Below are positions 38,439-50,207 of a stretch of DNA of 64,000 bases, piece after piece (position 1 is the first letter of the stretch; each line of letters starts with the position of its first letter). The position numbers were made by a program, and so were the translations under genes. Origin of the DNA: Heteronotia binoei (lineage: Eukaryota); assembly GCF_032191835.1 (NCBI RefSeq), contig NC_083237.1, positions 25,234,001 through 25,298,000 on the forward strand. The letters are read 5' to 3'. Under the pieces are notes generated by a model that saw only the letters and a program-made list of their open reading frames with translations, had not been told where the DNA came from and did no database searches.

Positions 38439-41400
38439 TTAAGAAGGGTGCAATAGTCCACGTCTGCTGCAGGCTCGCTGGTGGCTGACAAGACCAATGC
38501 GGGACAGGCAGGTCCGGCCACAGTGGCTGCAGGGAAAAGTCTGATTTAGGGTTGGTGCTGTAGCAGTGCGATTCTTCCTCAATCTCCTTTTGTCCTCAAG
38601 ACCAGCTATGCGTGCGTTCTCAAAGGAAGAGACAGCCTGGTGGATGGTGTGCCTCCATGCTTTGCGATCTGAGGCTAGGTCAGACCACTGGTGATGGTTG
38701 ATGCGACAGGTGCCAAGGGATTTCTTCAAGGAGTCCTTGTACCTCTTCTTTGGTGCCCCTCTATTTCGATGGCCGGTGGAGAGTTCGCCATACAGGGCAA
38801 TCTTGGGAAGGCGGTGGTTTTCCATCCTAGAAATATGCCCTGCCCAGCGCAGCTGCGTCTTCAGCAGCAGTGCCTCGATGCTGGTAACCTCCGCCCGCTT
38901 GAGGACTTCAGTGTTGGTCACAAAGTCACTCCAGTGGATGTTGAGGATGGTGCGAAGGCAGCGCTGATTAAAGCGCTCGAGGAGTCGCAGGTGATGACGG
39001 TATAAAACCCAAGATTCGGAGCCGTAGATGAGGGTTGTCATCACAATCGCTTTGTAAACATTGATCTTTGTGCCTTTTTTCAGATGCTTGTTGCTCCACA
39101 CTCTTTTGTGCAGTCGGCCAAAGGCACGGTTTGCCTTTGCCAGCCTGTTGTCAATCTCCTTGTCGATCTTGGCATCTGAGGAGATGATGCACCCCAGGTA
39201 GCTGAACTGCTGGACTGTCTTCAGAACTGATTCACCCACAGTGATGCAGGGAGGGTGATAATCTTCCTGGGGTGCAGGCTGGTGGAGAACTTCTGTCTTC
39301 TTCAGACTAACTTCTAGGCCGAATAGCTTGGCAGCCTCTGCAAAGCAGGACGTCATATGCTGCAGAGCTGATACCGAGTGGGAGACGAGTGCAGCATCAT
39401 CAGCAAACAGTAGCTCTCGGATGAGTTTTTCCATTGTCTTGGAGTGGGCGATAGCGGATGTAGACACCATCATCATCATCTAGATCTACTGCGGCTCTTT
39501 GAAGCATCATGCTAAAGAAGATCGTAAAGAGAGTTGGCGCGAGAACGCAGCCTTGCTTTACACCTGTGCCTATTGGGAAGGGCTCCGAGAGGTCGTTACA
39601 GTGTCTGACTTGGCCTCGCTGGTCTTCGTGTAGCTGGATGATCATGCTGAGGAACCTTGGGGGACATCCTAAACGTTCCAAGATTTGCCACAGGCCTTTC
39701 CTGCTAACAGTATCGAAAGCTTTGGTAAGGTCGACAAAAGTCACATACAGAGCTTTGTTCTGTTCCCTGCATTTCTCTTGGAGCTGCCTGAGAACAAATA
39801 CCATGTCGGTGGTGCTCCTGTTAGCTCTGAAGCCGCACTGGCTCTCTGGGAGGAGTTCTTCTGCAATGGTGGGCACCAGTCTGTTCAGGAGTATTCTGGC
39901 AAGGATTTTGCCTGCGATGGAGAGCAGGGTTATCCCCCGGTAGTTGGAGCAGTCTGACTTTTCCCCTTTGTTTTTGTATAGGGTGATGATGATTGCATCG
40001 CGAAAGTCCTGTGGTAATTTGCCTTGTTCCCAGCAGCTGACAAGTACTTTGTGAAGTGAGCTATGTAGTACTGTGCCCCCATGCTTCCAGATCTCTGGTG
40101 GAATTCCATCAACTCCTGCTGCCTTGCCACTTTTCAGTTGCTTGATGGCTTTAACAGTCTCTTCTAGGGTGGGGATCTCATCCAACTCTGTTTTCACTGG
40201 TTGATGTGGGGTGAGGTGGATTGCTGAATCTTGAACTACGCGGTTGGCACTGAAGAGAACCTGAAAATACTCCGACCACCGGTTCAGTATGGATGCCTTG
40301 TCTGTGAGGAGCACTTGGCCGTCTGCACTACGCAAGGGACTCTGAGCCTGATATGATGGACCATATACTGCCTTCAGGGCTTCGTAGAACCCTCTTAAAT
40401 CACCAGTGTCTGCACACAGCTGGGTTCTCTCTGCAAGCTTGGTCCACCAATCGTTCTGAATGTCTCGAAGCTTGCGCTGGAGGTTGCTACATGCAGCGCG
40501 AAAGGTTGCTTTTTTCCCAGGACAGGAGAGCTGAGCAAGATGTGCTTGGTAGGCAGATCTCTTTTTCGCCAGTAAATCTTGGATCTCTTGATTGTTCTCA
40601 TCAAACCAGTCCTTGTTCTTCCTTGTGGAGAACCCGAGGACTTCTTCAGAGATCTGCAGGACGGTAGTTTTTAGGTGTTCCCAGAGTGCTTCTGGAGAAG
40701 GGTCTGTGGGGCAACTGGGGTCCTCAATTCTTGACTGGAGTTTTGCCTGGAAGGCAGCTTTAACTTCGGCTGACTGGAGACTGCCAACCTGAAACTTCCT
40801 CCGAGGGATACCTCCTCTCCTGGGTGTGGGTTTAAAGTGAAGACGGAGATTGCAGCGTACAAGACGATGATCCGTATGACATTCTGCACTGGGCATTACT
40901 CGGGTGTGTAAGACATCTCGAAGGTCTCTCCGGCGCACCAGAATGTAGTCGATAAGGTGCCAGTGCTTGGACCGTGGGTGCATCCAGGTTGTCTTCAGAC
41001 TGTTCTTCTGCTGGAAGATAGTGTTGGTGATGGTGAGCTGGTGCTCCATGCAGAATTCTAGCAGGAGGCGCCCGTTGTCATTGCAGTTGCCAATGCCGTG
41101 TTTGCCAAGTACTCCTTTCCAGGCTTCCCAGTCTTTACCTACTCTGGCATTGAAGTCGCCAAGGATGATCACCTTGTCCTCTGTAGGGGTCTTCCGTACG
41201 AGGTTGTGTAGATCAGCATAGAACTTGTTCTTTTCTGCAGGATCTGCTTGAAGGGTTGGGGCATACACACTGAAGAGTGTTGCATGCTGCTTGTTTTGAA
41301 GTGGGAGGCGCATGGACATGATGCGATCTGAGTGACCTGTTGGCAGGTTTTCGAGTTTGGAGGCAATGGAGTTCCTGACCATGAAGCCAACGCCAGAAAG

Positions 41401-41700
41401 GCGGCTCTCAGCCTTTGACTTACCTGACCAGTAGAGGGTATAGCCAGCACCGTGTTCTTGAAGACTACCTTCCTCAGGGAAACGGACCTCACTGAGCGCT
41501 GCTATGTCGATATTCAACCTGAGAAGTTCGTGGGCAACTAGAGCAGAGCGTCGTTCAGGGCGACCACTGTCTACTGTGTCAAGCATGGTTCTGATGTTCC
41601 AACACGCAAGCTTTAGTCTTTGCACACTTTGTGAGGCAGGTGCATGCCTTTTCTTTGTTGTTATTTTTTGACCGCAAGTAAGGATGCCCGTTGACCGCGG
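38439..41700 (-). pseudogene. RTE endonuclease/RT ORF broken by one frameshifting internal deletion near 39448
   Basis: ORFs 39400-41625 (WNIRT, LSEVR, ILGDFNA, TDH, FVDLTKAFDTV, GVKQGCVLAP) and 38439-39479 (LLFADD) are otherwise stop-free. Junction GVYIRYR|HSKTMEK lacks the usual TDG.LFNL motif. Confidence 0.9.
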
Positions 41701-42245
41701 CTAGCCAACTGGGGTGGGGGAGATGAGCTTTGTTTAGGCCACCTTTTCTAGGCCCCTCTCCGTGTGGAGCAAGCAGTGCTGTCCCTAGATAAGGCTGCTT
41801 GGTCATTCAGGGTGCTGCCGAAAAATGCTTTCGTCTCCGGGTTAGCATCAGGCGACCAATACCCTGAACCGCCTACATGCAGGATCGGGACTGCGGCTTC
41901 CAGTGGCACCTTCCACCTGCCGTTTCGCCCCTTACCCATCGCTGCAGGACTTGATGCATTGTAGGTTGTGGATGTGGATATGCCCTTCAGGCCTGCGCAG
42001 AGGAATTTTTTAGGTGAAGCGCAGTGTGCGCGGTACTGGCTCCACCCTTTCACCTGGGGGTCATCTGCCATGGCCCAGTAAGCCGGGACGCCGGCAGCGA
42101 GTCCTCCAGGTGGTAGGTGTTACATTAACGAGCTCTATCTGCCCGGGTTTGATGTTAGAGTTTTCCTTCTCTTAGGCTGGCGAGGTTGGTGGGCCCAGCC
42201 TGCCCATCCGGTTATACCGCCGGACAATTCGGTCGCACCATGACG

Positions 42246-42458
42246 TAGCAAACTCTGTGAAAAACGGGGGGGACCAGCGAGAAGGTGTTGCTATGGATGT
42301 AGTAATGCAGGAGAGGCCATTGCAGTGACCATCTGCCAGGCATAGCCAGACAGTGACCACGCGGCGTTCACTACACCGGGAGAGGAGAGGCTATGTATTG
42401 CGCATACACTTTCCCTGGGGGGGTAGGATACCCAGAGGGAGCCCACCCACCCCGCCCC
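42246..42458 (-). ncRNA. Candidate HDV-like self-cleaving ribozyme at the RTE 5' end
   Basis: Minus strand: P2 UAGCAAC (42293-87), P3 ACC, L3 UUCUCGCU, P3' GGU, P1' CCCCCCC, GU, J4/2 CAGA, P2' GUUUGCUA (42253-46). The G-rich element terminus is the P1 candidate. Confidence 0.65.
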
Positions 42459-42795
42459 CAGCCCCCAGAAAGCTGAACATTTACTCCTCAGACTATCACA
42501 AGCTATTGCACAAGAAGCATTAACAAAACATAACAAGGGACTTATTTAAAAATAGCAAATGTTGAAAACAGCAACTACCTCCTCAGTTTTGTTTCAAACC
42601 TGAGCACGGCAGGTGCAAATCAATTCTTGGCTCATTAGTATTTTGTATTTGTATATAATTCAGGGCTGAGAAGGAACCTAGGACATATTACGGAAGCATA
42701 GACATTTCAGAAACCACAAATTCTACCTTGTGAAGTGAACTGTCTTTACCACATTAACCAATAGAATAAACTTCATTATTAAATTTCATTTTTAT

Positions 42796-42912
42796 CACAG
42801 CTTTTTTTGTAGAAAAGCTCAGCAGGAACTCATTTGCATATTAAGTCACACCCTCTGACACCAAGCCAGTCGGAACTGTGTTCCTTTGTGTTCCTGCTCA
42901 AAAAAAGACCTG
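42796..42912. mobile_element. hAT MITE (CAGGGCTTTTTT family)
   Basis: cacagctttttttgtag ... ctcaaaaaaagacctg with an ATTTGCAT unit. Confidence 0.75.
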
Positions 42913-44960
42913 GTTTTAATTAGCCGAGATCAAGAGACCCATTTATGCCAATGCAAAGCAATTAGTTTTATGCTGCCAGTTTAACAGGAATGGATTATTA
43001 AGACCACTAGAAGTTCACCTCCAAAGTTAAAATATTGTGTTCTCTTCTACTGTGCCAGTGCAGCTTATGTAAGTTTTTTAGTGTTACTATTGTACTAATC
43101 TGAATGATTCTTATGGCACAGAAAACCTGAACAATTTTGTAGTGAGCACCAAAAAAGGGGGCTCCAGTCGCAGCAATATAACTGCTTCTAGAACAAATCA
43201 AACAAGCTCTACTTCTAATAAAAGCTCTTGCTTTCATGGATAAACTGACTGCCTTCAGGAATCAGAAAGGCAATCACTCCCTAAAACAAACAATGCTGCA
43301 CAGTTGGCAGGTGTATTAAAAAGAGGTTTTTGCCTTTTTAGCTGATGAACAATAAGGAATAGAGGAAAACTGCCAGATTGCATCAGATTGTCTTATCCTT
43401 CAGGCAGCCAAATATCCTGTCTCCAATATGGCCAGTGCCAGATGTTTCAGAGGCAAGAACTTCATGATAAACAGGTGCAGGATAATCTTTTCTCTGCTAA
43501 TCCATAATTGTTAGAGATTTGGCTTTAAACCCAGAGACACAAGACTGTATTGCTCTTCCTAAGAAATCCATTATTCCACCTCTGGGTCAAACTGCTAAAT
43601 TTTTGACCTCCATTTCTCCCTGGGTTTCATATTTGCATGGTAAAAAGCATTTATGACATGCTATAAATATGCCATTTTTATGCTTTAGTTAATTCACTTC
43701 ATTCTTGAATTCTGAGAGGAGGAAACTGCACTAGCTGTGTTCTACCACAGAAGGAAATAAAGGACAAGATTAATGTGCTAGTCAGCATGAGATCTGGTTA
43801 GAGGACTAAAAGAATCATCAGCCTACTTTAGAAAAGCATAGATTCAGGAACAGATGTGCTCCTGGACAAAATTAGGAAGGCAAAGATATAGGAATGGATG
43901 GGCAAAAAAAGAGAGACAGGTATTAGGGTGGAAGTATAGTGGACATTATCAGGATGGGCAGGGATCCTGGAAGAGATTGCACATTGTTCAAAGAGCTTAA
44001 AATGAACAAACCTTTTGCTGAAATATTGTGAGAAGGCTATCAAGCAGAAAATCTACTCAATAGGCCAAGTTAAACTATTCTGGAAAAGGTAGGAAGAGCC
44101 TTGATAGGCAGTACAGAAAGCCAGATTTGCCTCAGCGGTATAAATTTTGCCAGAATAAACAAAAAGGTAAAGGTAGTGCTTGCAGAATAGACCTATGTAA
44201 ATACTGATGCCAGGGCCTAAGAAACGCTTCACACAGGTATATACCAGATATATACGCTGCACTGCTTGAAACACTCTTTTGCTGTGATCATGCTTCTCAA
44301 ATAAACCCTGACAGCAAGGAGTGAGACAGCATGTGGAAATGACAGTCTTCTGTGTGGAACAAGTATTTCCTCATTGTTTCCTTGTCTGTCTTCAGGTGTT
44401 GTCATGTCTTTTGTGAGCCCTGAAGCTCAACAGCTGTCTCAAGAGATGAGACAACAGGCAGAGGAACAACAAGACAATACATTACTCAGTCTGTATAAAA
44501 GGCAGTGTTCCACCAGCAGCATCAGGTCAACTACAGGTAAAAGATCTTTTAAGGAGAACATAAAACAAAGCAATGCAGTAGCTTTGCACCAATTTATAGG
44601 CTGTAGCTCTGCTATTTAAAAAAGAGGCCAGTATTCTTCTCTGTAGTTTGGTGTTTTGGCGGGATTGTTGTCAATACCTTGAATACCCCTTCCTGTCAAA
44701 TGGTAAAAAGCTGCAATGGGAATGATAACAGAGCAATTAATGATAAGTTGTTGAAGAAACTTAGGTTTAGTAGATACAAGGAGAGGTTGTGTGGAAGGCA
44801 AAAAAAAGTTAAATGGAAATTGCCTTAGTGATAGGTTTTGGGGGCAAAAAAGCTAGATTTGTCACAGAAGACCCTGCAGTTGTATTAGGCCATTATCACC
44901 AGTAACTGCATATTCTAAAATTGTCACTCAATTAATTTGTGGGAAAGGAAGACTACTTAC

Positions 44961-45198
44961 TGGAGAAGGTCACGTCCAATACAAGAATGGCATATTTGAA
45001 CTTGTGATTAGTCATAGTAGAGTCGAAGATATCAAAACCCAAAAACAGAAAGCTCTGGAAGAAACAGAGTGCACCCACTGTAATGCCATAGCAGCATGCT
45101 GCTTCATTTTCATTCAGCACACAGTGTAGTTCTGAGGAGGTTGCCAGGTTTTGGTACCCTTCATTCACCAAGGAGGCAAATACAGTCAAAGAGAAAAC
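44961..45198 (-). CDS. SYNGR4: SYNGR4 coding exon 2 (238 bp)
   Basis: ctctttcag|GTTTTC...TTCTCCA|gtaagt; VFSLTVFASLVNEGYQN...HCVLNENEAACCYGITVG...LDVTFS (synaptogyrin MARVEL domain). Confidence 0.95.
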
Positions 45199-45539
45199 CT
45201 GAAAGAGGAGAGAAACAGGGCAATTCAGCATGAATGTTGCCAGCATATCATATGAGCCTTCTCAAGTGTTACCTATGTGTTTTCACAATTAATCCATCAT
45301 ATATTTGTAACCACTCCAAGAACTGAAATGCATAAAGCAGGCACAAAGTTGATGGGCAGGAAGTCAGATATGTACTCCTTCATCTTCCATGTTGCCTTAG
45401 TGAAAGTCTCTGGTTCTCTGCAGATTTGGACACATTTGTGACATCTGTATAAATCCCTTCCTTCAAATTAAGCCACTGAACCTAAGATTTTAGTAGGCAT
45501 TAGCTCAATGGTGCCCAACAAATCAGTCAGTATCATAAT

Positions 45540-46083
45540 GACCCTGTATAAATTGATGGTGCGGTCTCATTTGGAATACTGTGTAGAGTTCTGGTAACCG
45601 ACATCACACCTCAAAAAGGATATTATAGCATTGGAAAAAGTCCAGTAAAGGGCAACTAGAATGATTAAAGGTTTGGAACACTTTTCCTATGAAGAAAGGT
45701 TAAAATGCTTGGGGCTCTTTAGCTTGGGAGAAACGTCGACTGTGGGGTGACATGATAGAGGTTACAAGATTATGCATGGGATGGAGAAAGCCGCCCTGAG
45801 CCTGCCCCGGCGGGGAGGGCGGGATATAAATAAAATTTTGTTGTTGTTGTTGTTGTAGAGAAAGAAGTACTTTTCTCCCTTTCTCACAATACAAGAACTT
45901 GTGGGCATTCAATGACATTGTTGAGCAGTTGGGTTAGAATGGAAAAAAGGAAGTACTTCTTCACCCAAAGGGTGATTAACATGTGGAATTCACTGCCACA
46001 GAAGGTGGCGGCTACAAGCATAGACAGCTTCAAGAGGGGATTGGATAAAAATATGGAGCACAGGTCCATCAGTGGCTATTAGC
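45540..46083 (+). mobile_element. CR1 LINE 3' fragment, left part (continues at 52509-52715)
   Basis: ORF2 C-terminal remnant; ...agtggctattagc resumes as cacagcatatta... after the copia insertion and ends with ctcttatgttctta. Confidence 0.85.
45791..45855 (+). mobile_element. Extremely 5'-truncated L2 tail inserted in the CR1
   Basis: ccgccctgagcc...gggagggcgggatataaataaa(ttg)n matches the 3' terminus of the L2 at 61704-61770. Confidence 0.75.
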
Positions 46084-46489
46084 TGTTAGGGAAATTCTGT
46101 TTGAAATTCTATTTCTTTATCTCAAACAGTGCGATGAATCACTTGATCAAATAATCATTGAGAGGCATTTAACATGAAAAAGCAAAAACATATTTATTTC
46201 TACAGGAAAAGGGTACTGAGAGATGACAATAACAAACACTAAAGAACTACATCCTCACACTAGAAGATCATGTGCTTAATGGAGGCTACTTCCTCCTGCT
46301 TCTTGACCTCTGTGCCTGAACAAAGGACAAAACAAAGGTTTTCCCACTTCTAGACCTTGATTGACAGCAGTCAGTATCTTCTTCCTAGGTCATGCAGACA
46401 ATAGGCAATCAGGCACAGTGTTAACCCTATAATGACTGGAACTTTAGAACATTGCAAAGGACATACAGAACAGATATATATTTCCAACA
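46084..46489 (-). repeat. Copia 3' LTR (406 bp), preceded on the minus strand by polypurine tract GAAAAGGGG
   Basis: Direct repeat of 51904-52503; the PPT is the complement of cccctttt c at 46490-46498. Confidence 0.93.
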
Positions 46490-46536
46490 CCCCTTTTCAA
46501 TGTCTAATATCAAAGTCATTATACATTCAATAGTCA

Positions 46537-47900
46537 TTACTCAGTATTCACTGTAACATTCACATCAACTAGATTCATAATTTCACATAAACGATCAAAT
46601 CTAGCACAAGGCAATGACTTTGTAAGTATATCAGCTACCATAGCTTCTGTATAACAATATTCTATCTTAATCAGCCTCTTCTGGTGTAGATCCTTCACTA
46701 GCTCACATTTAATACCAATAGATCTACTTCCGGCTGTTCTAATTTCCCCTTTACATATAGCAATACACGCTTGGTTATTTTCAAACATTACAGGTTCTTT
46801 TATCTTGAAGTCTTTCAGCAGATGAAAAATCCATTCAAGTTCACTGCAGGCACTGGCTGCTGACACACACTCAGTTTCTGCTGTAGATTGTGCCACTATA
46901 GTCTGTTTTCTGCTAGTCCGTTCTACAAGTCCATTTCCGTAGAAGAACAAGTATCCACTGGTCGATCTGTAATTGCACGATTCTTCTGCATAGTTGGCAT
47001 CCATGTATCCAACTAGTCTGGGATTCTCAAAAGGTTCAGTGATCAGCCTTAAGTCCATAGTCCCTTTTAAGTATCTGGCAAGCTTCTTTACTGCATTCCA
47101 ATCATGGTGATTAGGCGAACTTACTTTTCTGCTCAGTATTCTGACAGCGGCTGTAATATCAGGTCTGGTAGTTTTACTCAGGTACAGGAGTTTTCCTATA
47201 GCTTCTCTGTACTCTCCAATGTCTTTGAGTGGTTGACCACCCTGAGCTCTCAGATATGCAGGTTCAAGAGGTATTTTAGATTCTTTACAGTATCTCATGC
47301 CAAGAGATTCTATAACGTCCATAATCTTTTGTCTTTGGCACAGTTGAAAGAGTCTGTCCTTGAGTCTCTCAATCTGTATTCCTAGGTAGTGTTTAATATC
47401 TCCAAGTCTTTTGACTTCAACCTCTTTGTTCAGCATTTCAACAATGTCCTTAATGCCCTCTTTGTTCTTGCAGCTCACAACCAAATTGTCAATGTAAACC
47501 AGAATGTACTGATATTCTCCATCTTTAAGCCTAGTGTCTAGGGTTCAGCTTTCCCTTGCTCAAATCCTTGTTGCTGTAGTAGTCCAGTTATTTTGTCATA
47601 CCAGCTTTTTGCAGCTTGTTTTAAACCATACAGTCCTTTGTGGAGTTTGAAAACACAGTTCTCTTTGCCAGGCACTTGAAAACCTTCAGGTATTTCCATA
47701 TAGATTTCTTCTGATAACTCACCATTAAGAAATGCTATCTTAATGTCTAGGTGCTCTATGAGCATATTTCTAGATGATGCCACACTCAGTAGTGTTTTAA
47801 GTGTAGCACTATTGATAACTGGTGCAAAAGTCTCTGAATAATCAATTCCAAATTCTTGTGCATAGCCTTTGGCTACTAGCCTTGCTTTGTACGTCTATAG
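46537..47900 (-). pseudogene. Copia RT/RNase H remnant
   Basis: HLDIKIAFLNG, KLHKGLYGLKQAAKSW, YLGIQI, TRPDI, YMDANYA, STAETE and MVADILTK motifs; fragmented. Confidence 0.9.
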
Positions 47901-48166
47901 TTCCATCATCTTTGTACTTTATTTTGTAAACCCATTTGCATCCAATAGGCTTTCTTCCTGCAGGTAGCTTTGTAAGAGTCCATACATCTTTTTCATAAAT
48001 GAACAGTATCTCTTGTTCCATTGCTTGAATCCATTTCTCCTATTCTTCATTAGGTAAATCACACACTTGTTTCCAGTTCTTGGGTTCCTCTTTAGGTTTC
48101 ACAGTCTCTATAAATATCACAGTATCCATGTTTCTGTGGTGGTTGCTCTTTTGTGCTTCTTTCTGA

Positions 48167-49311
48167 TCATCTAAAAATGAGTGGAGGTTCTGTCGCTCCC
48201 TGCAGTACGATCCCCATTTCCCCTTCTGGTTCAGTACAGTCTTCAGAAGGTAGACCTGCCGGTTCACCGGTGGTCACTACAGGTAACCAGGTACACCAAT
48301 CTTCAGAAACATCATCATTAACCTCAGGATCAGATTCAGGTACACAGGGTGCTCTAGGCAAATTACTGTCATCCACAAACACAACATTACAATGTTTGGT
48401 CTTATTCAGCTTTGGATCATAGACTCCGTAGCCTTTTCCCACTGAGGGATATCCTACTATGAATCCAATCTCAGTCCTTGCATCAAGCTTCCCTCTATTT
48501 TCTCTAGGAACATATGCATAGGCTTTTGCTCCAAAAGTTTTGATACGCTTAAGTCCTGGCTTCCTGCCAAACCAAGGCTGGAACGGAGTAATTCCTGTTA
48601 CTTTTGAAGGTATTCTATTGTGGATATACACTGCTGTATTTACAGCTTCAGCCCACAGGCCTTTAGGTAATCCAGAATGCATGAGCATTGCTCTGGTCAT
48701 TTCCTGTAACACACGATTAAGTCTTTCCGCACTCCCATTCTGCTGTGGAGTGTATCGGACAGTCACTTTGTGTTCAATCCCTTCTGCTTTCAGAAATTTC
48801 TTGAACTCACTGTTGCAATATTCACCACCTCCATCTGTCAGCAAGCTTTGAGGTGCACGCCCAAATCTGCTTTTAACCATGGCAACATATTCTTTAAATT
48901 TTTCAAGAGTCTCATCTTTTGATTTGAGCATATAGACAGTGCTATATTTTGTCTTTGCCTCTGTGAATACTGAGAAAAATTTATTTCTCCCAATCAAAGC
49001 TTTTATAGGCCCAATAACATCACAGAATATTGTCTCAAAAAACCTTTCATTATGCACACTGCTTTTTCCACTGAAGCAAGGTGCAGTTCCTTTTGCTCTA
49101 GACAAACATCACATCTTTCCTTGGATTTATCACAATGCACAACATCAAGGCCACAATCCTTTAGCAACTTCTCAACATTCTGCATGCTTCTGTGTGCTAA
49201 CTTTACATGCCAAATATAAACACATCTCCTATGGTCACACTTTTTGCATTCAGTCTGGCAAACAGTCTTTTCCACAACATCAACAGCATCTGACCTTTCA
49301 CTTAAGTCCAT
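48167..49311 (-). pseudogene. Copia GAG-pre-integrase/integrase remnant
   Basis: WHVKLAH...CDVC (HHCC zinc finger), CDVIGP, TDGGGEY, PQQNGSAERLNR and GKLDAR motifs. Confidence 0.9.
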
Positions 49312-49391
49312 AATATAATGAGCTCCATTTCTTTCATCCAGTTTAAAACTAATTCCAGAATTCTTCTGAATAATTTCACCTTCATCAAGAT

Positions 49392-50207
49392 TAGGGTTCC
49401 CAACCCTCCCGCCCTGGCGGGGGACCCCAGGATTTCCAGCCTCTTCCCCCAGCCTCGGCCGCCCCTCGGGGCTCCCTCCCTCCCTCGCAAGCTCAGGCCG
49501 GCCAGCTCACTCTTGCTCTGTCCCTTTGCAGCTGCAAGGACGCCGATGGCACGGAGCTGTGCAGTGAGATCCACTTCTATGCCCGCGTGAATTCCAAGGT
49601 GAGCCGCTCAGCCCCGGCGTGTCCGCGCTTGACCTGGTCGCTCTGAAGCTGCAGCAGCGCCGCAAAGCTGGAGGCTGGGGAGGATCTCCCCCGTGCGCAG
49701 CGCTGCAGATAGGGTTGCCAATCCCCAGGTGGGGGCAGGGGATCCCCCGGTTTGGAGGCCCTCCCCCTGCTTCAGGGTCGTCAGAAAGTGGTGGGAGAGG
49801 GAAATGTCTGCTGGGAACTCTATTATTCCCTATGGAGATTTATTCCCATAGAAAATCATGGAGAATTGATCCGCGGGTATCTGGGGCTCTGGGGGGGGGC
49901 TGTTTTTTGGGGTAGAGGCGCCAAATTTTCAATATAGCATCTAGTGCCTCTCCTCAAAATATCCCCCAAGTTTCAAAAAGATTGGACCAATTCTATGAGC
50001 CCCAAAAGAAGGTGCCCCTAGCCTTCATTATTTCCTATGGAAGGAAGGAATTGAAAAGGTGTGCTGTCCCTTTAAATGTGATGGCCAGAACTCCCTTCGG
50101 AGTTCAGTTATGCTTGTCACACCCTTGCTCCTGGCTCCACCCCTAATGTCTCCTGGCTCCTCCCCCAAAGTCCCCAGATATTTCTTGAATTGAACTTGGC
50201 AACCCTA
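49392..50207. mobile_element. Compound hAT-type non-autonomous element (two left ends, one right end) carrying captured host DNA
   Basis: Outer left TIR TAGGGTTCCCAA (49392), inner left TIR TAGGGTTGCCAA (49710), right TIR TTGGCAACCCTA (ends 50207). Perfect TSD ATCAAGAT (49384-49391 and 50208-50215) only around the outer ends. Confidence 0.9.
49532..49598 (+). pseudogene. PTGES3L: Captured 67-bp exon resembling PTGES3L (p23-like), with its splice sites
   Basis: tctgtccctttgcag|C TGC AAG...TCC AAG|gtgagc translates to CKDADGTELCSEIHFYARVNSK versus recalled human PTGES3L [22 protein letters not shown] (16/22 identical). Confidence 0.85.

Larger units (their letters stand above)
38411..42458 (-). 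mobile_element. Full-length RTE-clade LINE (about 4.05 kb)
   Basis: Flanked by an exact 36-bp direct repeat cagcccccagaaagctgaacatttactcctcagact (38375-38410 and 42459-42494). APE endonuclease, RT and C-terminal CSHCGRTC...SHQRAC zinc finger. Confidence 0.96.

Noticed and set aside
38691-41492. Antisense and alternate-frame ORFs within the RTE (and likewise in the L2 and copia elements)
   Set aside because: Shadows of the transposon coding frames.
49302-49915. ORFs crossing the compound hAT element
   Set aside because: They run through TIR and MITE sequence; the meaningful signal is the 67-bp exon in a different context.
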